In this document: positions 59,265-64,000 of the stretch, in pieces
How positions within the stretch are numbered: the first letter of the stretch is position 1
How the letters are laid out: every line of letters begins with the position of its first letter
Source of the DNA: a virus
IMG/VR virus record: IMGVR_UViG_3300025816_000006
Span: 64,001-128,000 of that record
Length of the DNA stretch: 64,000 nucleotides
Strand: one strand, 5' to 3'
Made by a program: the position numbers and the translations under genes
The notes under the pieces: model-generated
Seen by the model: only the letters and a program-made list of their open reading frames with translations
Told to the model about the DNA's origin: nothing
Databases searched by the model: none

Positions 59265-60367
59265 AGAACACTTTTGATTTCATCGTACAGAAACTCTTGT
59301 ATCTCTTTGTTCTCTTTTATGAATTTACTCAGGTTCGCCATACCTTGAAACTTAAAGAATTTCTCTAGAGCTTCTTGATTTTTTGCGTCTACTTCGTGTT
59401 TTTTCAGTAGCGATAAAATTCTTTTGTCTTCAGATCCTATAGCAGATGATACGGTGTACCAAGCGCCAGCTTGTTTAATAAAGGTTAGTTCGTTTGCTAT
59501 TTCACAAAGTTCTCTAACCTCATCAATGCCTGTTCCATACTTGATATAGGATACAGCGTTTGAGTTAGGTTTACCTCCAGACGCAGAGGTTTTTACTAGC
59601 CAGTTAGCAACCTGACCTACATCGTGACCATTCTCGTCTGTCTCTTCCCACTTGCCCCTGTGGGTAATTACCATGTTGGTTCCAGCTTGATACTGAATCA
59701 TGTTTCCTCCATCTGCCATTTTAGCGGGCGACCATCTTGAACCCCCTGTGTTAGCTATGTTGTGCAAGATGCAAACCAGCATAGCTCTTGTTCTTGAAAC
59801 ATCATTAGAAATTCTTTTGAAAAACATGGAGTTTAGGCGAGGTAACTGATTCCTGACACCTGTCCGAATCTCACCATCTAATTCGTCTTGGGGGACCATG
59901 CTAGAAGATGAGTCTACAATTCCAAAGAAATCTGGTGTATTTTTGACGTAGGTTTCTATTACATTTAAAAAGGTTTCTGCTGACACTACAGGTTGAGCAT
60001 CTGTAGCTTGGACAATCTTAATTTTTTCTACATCTAAACCTTTAATACCTTTGAAGTTTTCTTTTGTTAGCCTACCCTCTGTATTAAAATAGACAACAGT
60101 TTTGCCTGCTTGTTGAGCCTTTGCCGCAGCATAAAGCGCCGTGGTTGTTTTTCCGGTCTTGGGGTCGCCAGCCATCAAGGTTACACTACCCTCTCTTAGT
60201 CCACCGCCTAGCGCTAGGTCTAAGGCTGGAGAGATTGATAGGGTTTGGAAATTTTCTAGATCTTTAAGCACCTTTGTGCCTTCTTCTACAATGTCTCCAT
60301 ATTTTTTAATAATCCCATTGCTTACAATGTCGTCTTCAAATTTATTCTTGGCTTTCTTCTTTGCCAT
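59261..60367 (-). CDS. recA: RecA/UvsX recombinase
   Basis: LDLALGGG, GDPKTGKTT, IVDS, YG.GID, AGAWY. Confidence 0.9.
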   Translation of the reverse strand: MAKKKAKNKFEDDIVSNGIIKKYGDIVEEGTKVLKDLENFQTLSISPALDLALGGGLREGSVTLMAGDPKTGKTTTALYAAAKAQQAGKTVVYFNTEGRLTKENFKGIKGLDVEKIKIVQATDAQPVVSAETFLNVIETYVKNTPDFFGIVDSSSSMVPQDELDGEIRTGVRNQLPRLNSMFFKRISNDVSRTRAMLVCILHNIANTGGSRWSPAKMADGGNMIQYQAGTNMVITHRGKWEETDENGHDVGQVANWLVKTSASGGKPNSNAVSYIKYGTGIDEVRELCEIANELTFIKQAGAWYTVSSAIGSEDKRILSLLKKHEVDAKNQEALEKFFKFQGMANLSKFIKENKEIQEFLYDEIKSVL

Positions 60368-60839
60368 TGTCTAATCCTCTAAGTTTGTTTAGTCCAGATT
60401 TCTTTCCGTAAGATTTCTTCCTAGTCTTTGCTTCTTTCTTTACGTCTAATTCCTGATTAGGTTTCTTGTCTTCTTCTTCTATTATTTTTTTCTGTTTAAT
60501 TATTTCTGGGACAAGACGTTTGTTCTTTAGAGAGAACACGGATTTTTGATTAGCAACCGCCTTTAGTACAGCTTTCTCGCCGTACTTCTTTATTAGACTA
60601 TTTGCAGCAAACATTTGCTGCTTAAAAGTCCAATCCCAAGGTTTCTTGTTCCAGAATTTATATGTAAGATTGCCTTCGTTCTTGTACTCTGCTAGGCGAA
60701 GACACATCATTTCCGCCAAATAAGAAGCGCATGTGCAATGATCACCAGTTGTTTGGTGTTTATACTTACTCTTGTCTGTTCTCTTTCGTTTTGTCATAGA
60801 TGATTGCTTCTTCAAAACAGTTTTCAATTTCATCTTCAT
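60342..60839 (-). CDS. Hypothetical basic protein (likely start 60797)
   Basis: Fills the operon; Lys-rich. Confidence 0.6.
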   Translation of the reverse strand: MKMKLKTVLKKQSSMTKRKRTDKSKYKHQTTGDHCTCASYLAEMMCLRLAEYKNEGNLTYKFWNKKPWDWTFKQQMFAANSLIKKYGEKAVLKAVANQKSVFSLKNKRLVPEIIKQKKIIEEEDKKPNQELDVKKEAKTRKKSYGKKSGLNKLRGLDNGKEESQE

Positions 60840-61191
60840 ATTCTTTATCTAATACAAGTTCTGGTGTAATCCACATTTTTTTAGAGACATTAGACCCTTT
60901 TACTAAACCAATCGTGTAGTATTCTTTAGAGTCTGAGCCTAATGCACCCAGCAATGATCTAATTAAATAGACACCATCTACCGCATCGCTTATATCTATA
61001 GTAGCCTTATGAGAGCGATATTGCAAGTACAATTCTAATAAAAATAAATCTTCTTCATCACACTTGGCTTTTAACTCTCTCCATCCTTCAAATTTATCAT
61101 AGTTAAATTCTTCGCCATTTGTTAGCTTACACCTAATCCAAACCGCTTGTTTATTTTTTCTATAGTCTTTCAACCATTTTTCCCTATCCAT
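60766..61191 (-). CDS. Hypothetical protein
   Basis: GGAG RBS; fills the operon. Confidence 0.65.
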   Translation of the reverse strand: MDREKWLKDYRKNKQAVWIRCKLTNGEEFNYDKFEGWRELKAKCDEEDLFLLELYLQYRSHKATIDISDAVDGVYLIRSLLGALGSDSKEYYTIGLVKGSNVSKKMWITPELVLDKEYEDEIENCFEEAIIYDKTKENRQE

Positions 61192-61192
61192 T

Positions 61193-61513
61193 CTATCTCC
61201 TTATGGAAGTTGTACACTCACTTCTTTTTCCTAAGAACTGTGATTTTTTTCTGAAATCATCTGAAATTGTAGATCCATTTTCTGTCATTACCGTAGAACC
61301 TCTACTGGAAGGTATTTGAGATGCTAGGTGTGTAGGCTCTTTTTTTTGTTTAGTGTCTTCTGTGTTCTTTTTCTTTTTTTGACACTTGCTGGCATAGGCT
61401 TTAACTACACTTTTTGCTCTATCTAAATCTGACGATAGTACATCTAGATCTACGTCACAGTTGTTTTCTATGTAAAATTTTTCTATCTTACTTAATGGTC
61501 CTCGTTTACTCAT
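61193..61513 (-). CDS. Hypothetical protein, possible N-terminal HTH
   Basis: LSKIEKFYIE..LSSDLDRAKSVVKAY. Confidence 0.6.
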   Translation of the reverse strand: MSKRGPLSKIEKFYIENNCDVDLDVLSSDLDRAKSVVKAYASKCQKKKKNTEDTKQKKEPTHLASQIPSSRGSTVMTENGSTISDDFRKKSQFLGKRSECTTSIRR

Positions 61514-61832
61514 TTATAAATCTCCTGTTTGTCCTTGTTAAATAAATTGAATTTTTTGTTTGTAAGTAAATTAAATAAAAATCGAATGTGTCTTTTGACA
61601 CTCTTTTAAGTTTTGTTTCTAAGTAATTTTCTCTAGTTGCCGCTGACCCCATAGGATCAAATGGTTGGTTTTGATAAATTTTTATTAAGTATGTTTTATC
61701 TTTTTCAGATTCTACAATTTTTGCGTATGTTTTTTCTTTACCTTGAGAAACAGTTCCGTTCTTATTAAAATCTATCTCCTTTTTTATATTTATTTCTTGC
61801 ATATTTTTTGTATCTTCGTTTATGTACTTCAT
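61506..61832 (-). CDS. Hypothetical protein
   Basis: Overlaps both neighbours in the operon. Confidence 0.6.
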   Translation of the reverse strand: MKYINEDTKNMQEINIKKEIDFNKNGTVSQGKEKTYAKIVESEKDKTYLIKIYQNQPFDPMGSAATRENYLETKLKRVSKDTFDFYLIYLQTKNSIYLTRTNRRFINE

Positions 61833-62182
61833 CTTCCCTCCATGATGTATTTAGTTTTTTGATTCTCTGACATTTTATTTATATCTTTCAAAGACTTATC
61901 TCCCTGTTTATGATGCCAAGGTTTTTCTGGTGGAGGATTCTTTTCTTTTTTCATAGCCTCCATCTCGTTTATCTTATTTTTATTGGTGCGAGTGTTCTTA
62001 TCTGCAATGCTACCTATTGTGTTGCTACCCGCCATGAAACTGTGAAGCCCGCCTGTAACAACCCTGTAAAGTCCGCTTGTTCCACAAGCCTCACATTTTT
62101 TTAACTCTGGGTCTGTAACTTTTTGAAACACGTCAGTTACTTCTGCTCCACAGTCTTTGCATTCGTAATCATATATCGGCAT
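61829..62182 (-). CDS. FmdB-family Zn-ribbon protein
   Basis: MPIYDYECKDCG...CEACG. Confidence 0.85.
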   Translation of the reverse strand: MPIYDYECKDCGAEVTDVFQKVTDPELKKCEACGTSGLYRVVTGGLHSFMAGSNTIGSIADKNTRTNKNKINEMEAMKKEKNPPPEKPWHHKQGDKSLKDINKMSENQKTKYIMEGR

Positions 62183-62847
62183 TAATTCTCCAATCTATTT
62201 AATATATTTCCTAATATTCCGTTCCTTTGGATGTCGCTATATCCTAATCTACACACACCGACACCCTCTAGTCCATCTAACTTATCTATAATTTCTTCTA
62301 GACCACTCTTTCTGTTTAGGTCCGTTTGTCTTACGTCCCCGTTTATAATAACCTTACTGCCCTGTCCCATTCGGGTGATAAACATTTTGATTTGTTCCCA
62401 AGTACAGTTCTGTGCTTCGTCTAATATCATATATGAATTATGAAACGTAGACCCTCGCATGATTTCTAGTGGCGCATATTTAATCTTACCTTCATTACTA
62501 TAGTGTCCATAGTAAGCTCTTCCAAGGAAAAACTTGAAATTTTCTTGCATTGGCAGGAGATAAGGCGCTATCTTATCGAGAAGTTCTCCCGGTAGCGACC
62601 CTATTTCCTTACCAGTACATACCAGCGGACGGGTTACAACAACTTGGTCTATGTCTTCACGGTGTAAGTGTTCTGCTGCTATGCCCGAAGCTATGAAAGA
62701 CTTACCACAGCCAGAGGGACCGGTACAGAATATCACATCGTTTTCTATGATTGCTCTTATATAGTCTTTTTGTCTGGGTGTTTTAGCCTCTACTATTTTA
62801 ACTTTTTGTGGTGCTAAGTTTTCTTTTCTGGTTTTTCTCTTGGTCAT
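62182..62847 (-). CDS. phoH: PhoH-like ATPase
   Basis: GPSGCGKS, RP, MRGSTF, LDEAQN, TRMG, GDVRQTD. Confidence 0.95.
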   Translation of the reverse strand: MTKRKTRKENLAPQKVKIVEAKTPRQKDYIRAIIENDVIFCTGPSGCGKSFIASGIAAEHLHREDIDQVVVTRPLVCTGKEIGSLPGELLDKIAPYLLPMQENFKFFLGRAYYGHYSNEGKIKYAPLEIMRGSTFHNSYMILDEAQNCTWEQIKMFITRMGQGSKVIINGDVRQTDLNRKSGLEEIIDKLDGLEGVGVCRLGYSDIQRNGILGNILNRLEN

Positions 62848-62868
62848 CTGTTAGCCTTATTATTAGTG

Positions 62869-63390
62869 TTATGAGCCAGAACTTCCAAACCCTCCCGATC
62901 CTCTATTTGTATCGTCCAAGTTGTTTACCAACTGTAAGTCAAAATCCTCTACTTTTTGAAATACTATTTGTGCTATTCTGTCGCCTTTTTGTAACTTGTA
63001 GTCGTTATACTGAGAGTTGTATAGTATAACCCCAATATCACCTCTATAAGACGAATCTATGACGCCAGCGAACACGTCTATTCCATGTTTATACGCCATT
63101 CCAGATCTAGGCCAAATTAACCCAACGTAACCTTCTGGAATAGCCATAGCGATCCCTGTCTTAATTAGTTTATGGCAGTGTTTTTCAATTATAGCCCCAT
63201 GTAAAGCATAAAGGTCGTACCCAGCGTCCGATCTGTTTGCTTTGGTTGGGACAATTGCCATGCCGTCAAGTTTTTGCACTTTTAACTGTGGCCCATTCCA
63301 ACTAGGAAATGGCGCTCTATGTTTATTTTGTGATTTTCTTAACATTTTCTCTCTGGCTAATTCATCTGGATGGGTACTCATATTTCGCAC
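62869..63390 (-). CDS. dut: Trimeric dUTPase (likely start 63381)
   Basis: AGYDL, RSG, GVIDSSYRG, GDRIAQ, RGSGGFGSSG. Confidence 0.95.
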   Translation of the reverse strand: MRNMSTHPDELAREKMLRKSQNKHRAPFPSWNGPQLKVQKLDGMAIVPTKANRSDAGYDLYALHGAIIEKHCHKLIKTGIAMAIPEGYVGLIWPRSGMAYKHGIDVFAGVIDSSYRGDIGVILYNSQYNDYKLQKGDRIAQIVFQKVEDFDLQLVNNLDDTNRGSGGFGSSGS

Positions 63391-63998
63391 TTTCCTCCTG
63401 CGCAGGCAAGCTCCTGCTCTGGTTGAACATTGTTAGTTTCCTCGATAACATTTGTAAAATCTACATCTTTATATTCACGATTCATGTCAACCCACTCTTT
63501 CCAGTTGTATACATCTTTCATGCAGTAGGTTAATTGTCTCAAGTCTCCATTGAAATATTTACCGGCAAATTTCTTGCATCGGTCTTTCCAAGCTTTTTTT
63601 CCATTACCTTTGATCTTTTCACCTACGCCAAGCAAGCTATCACATGCGGTCCATAGATTGTCTTCCCAAAGCGTAAGGGCGACTTCGATCAGACCGCTAA
63701 CAAACAAAGATGCGTCACCGTAGTGTGCAACTTGTTCGCTTGGCAGATATACGGTAGTAAAAGGGGCTTGAGGATAGTCTTTATCTCCAGAAATAGGAAG
63801 TAAAGAAATGCCACAGAAATATTTTCTATTCTTATAAATATACTTTTCTACTTCTTGCCATTCGTCTGGCTTAACATTGATAGTATTACTTACATTATGA
63901 ACAAGCCAAGGTTGTGTACATAGTTCTTTATTAGTACCGTTAATTACCCAGTTTTGCTGTGTAGACTTTACATAGTCCAACAACTGAATAGCATCTAC
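63378..63998 (-). CDS. nrdJ: Ribonucleotide reductase C-terminus, probably class II (NrdJ); runs off the window
   Basis: HNVSNTINV..EW, GISLLP, YPQAP, C-terminal ACAGGKCEI; frame open to the window edge. Confidence 0.75.
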   Translation of the reverse strand, partial: VDAIQLLDYVKSTQQNWVINGTNKELCTQPWLVHNVSNTINVKPDEWQEVEKYIYKNRKYFCGISLLPISGDKDYPQAPFTTVYLPSEQVAHYGDASLFVSGLIEVALTLWEDNLWTACDSLLGVGEKIKGNGKKAWKDRCKKFAGKYFNGDLRQLTYCMKDVYNWKEWVDMNREYKDVDFTNVIEETNNVQPEQELACAGGKCEI

Positions 63999-64000
63999 TG

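Larger units (their letters stand above)
1..64000. mobile_element. Segment of a large tailed dsDNA bacteriophage genome, probably infecting Planctomycetota
   Basis: Tightly overlapping ORFs in two convergent arms; giant structural-type genes; phage-type replication set (split DnaE, DnaB, primase, SSB, RecA, dNMP kinase, dUTPase, RNR, PhoH, HNH); no ribosomal or other housekeeping genes. Host inferred from the DUF1501 pair. Confidence 0.9.

Noticed and set aside
1-64000. tRNA, rRNA, structured ncRNA or CRISPR arrays
   Set aside because: Intergenic gaps are all about 60 bp or less and are explained by promoters, RBSs or terminators; no cloverleaf or repeat array seen.
1-64000. Stop-codon reassignment
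   Set aside because: The standard code gives near-complete coding coverage; TAA, TGA and TAG all end genes at overlapping or abutting junctions.
1-64000. Giant eukaryotic virus (suggested by FG-GAP, GT29 and FkbM genes)
   Set aside because: DnaE, DnaB, DnaG, RecA, Shine-Dalgarno sites, sigma70 promoters and Tat signals indicate a bacterial host.

Overview
The window is a gene-dense, AT-rich segment of a large tailed-phage genome, read with the standard genetic code. The host is probably a planctomycete, inferred from two Tat-signal DUF1501 genes and a planctomycete-type Cys motif. Positions 1-22162 (+) hold six probable structural genes, including a >2900-aa protein with seven dispersed FG-GAP blades. 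This arm converges at a back-to-back terminator pair with a long (-) strand arm. That arm runs, right to left: NrdJ-like RNR (partial), dUTPase, PhoH, RecA, DnaB, primase, dNMP kinase, AddB/Cas4-like nuclease, a GT47-like gene, tandem DUF1501, PAP2, an intein-less DnaE split around an exonuclease and an HNH gene, SSB, an ~18.5-kb glycan-biosynthesis island, a Vsr-like nuclease and a Rad52-like annealing protein. Main findings: (i) a candidate phage virion-glycosylation system, with Ser-Gly enrichment in four structural proteins plus a glycan island containing an aldolase/CMP-transferase/YjbQ/GT29 cassette; (ii) phage-borne exported DUF1501 paralogues behind a candidate late-promoter motif, GTGTATAATA; (iii) strict CCWGG avoidance, visible in all 35 Pro-Gly codon pairs checked; (iv) the fractured DnaE. 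All family calls come from motif recognition by eye, not database searches.
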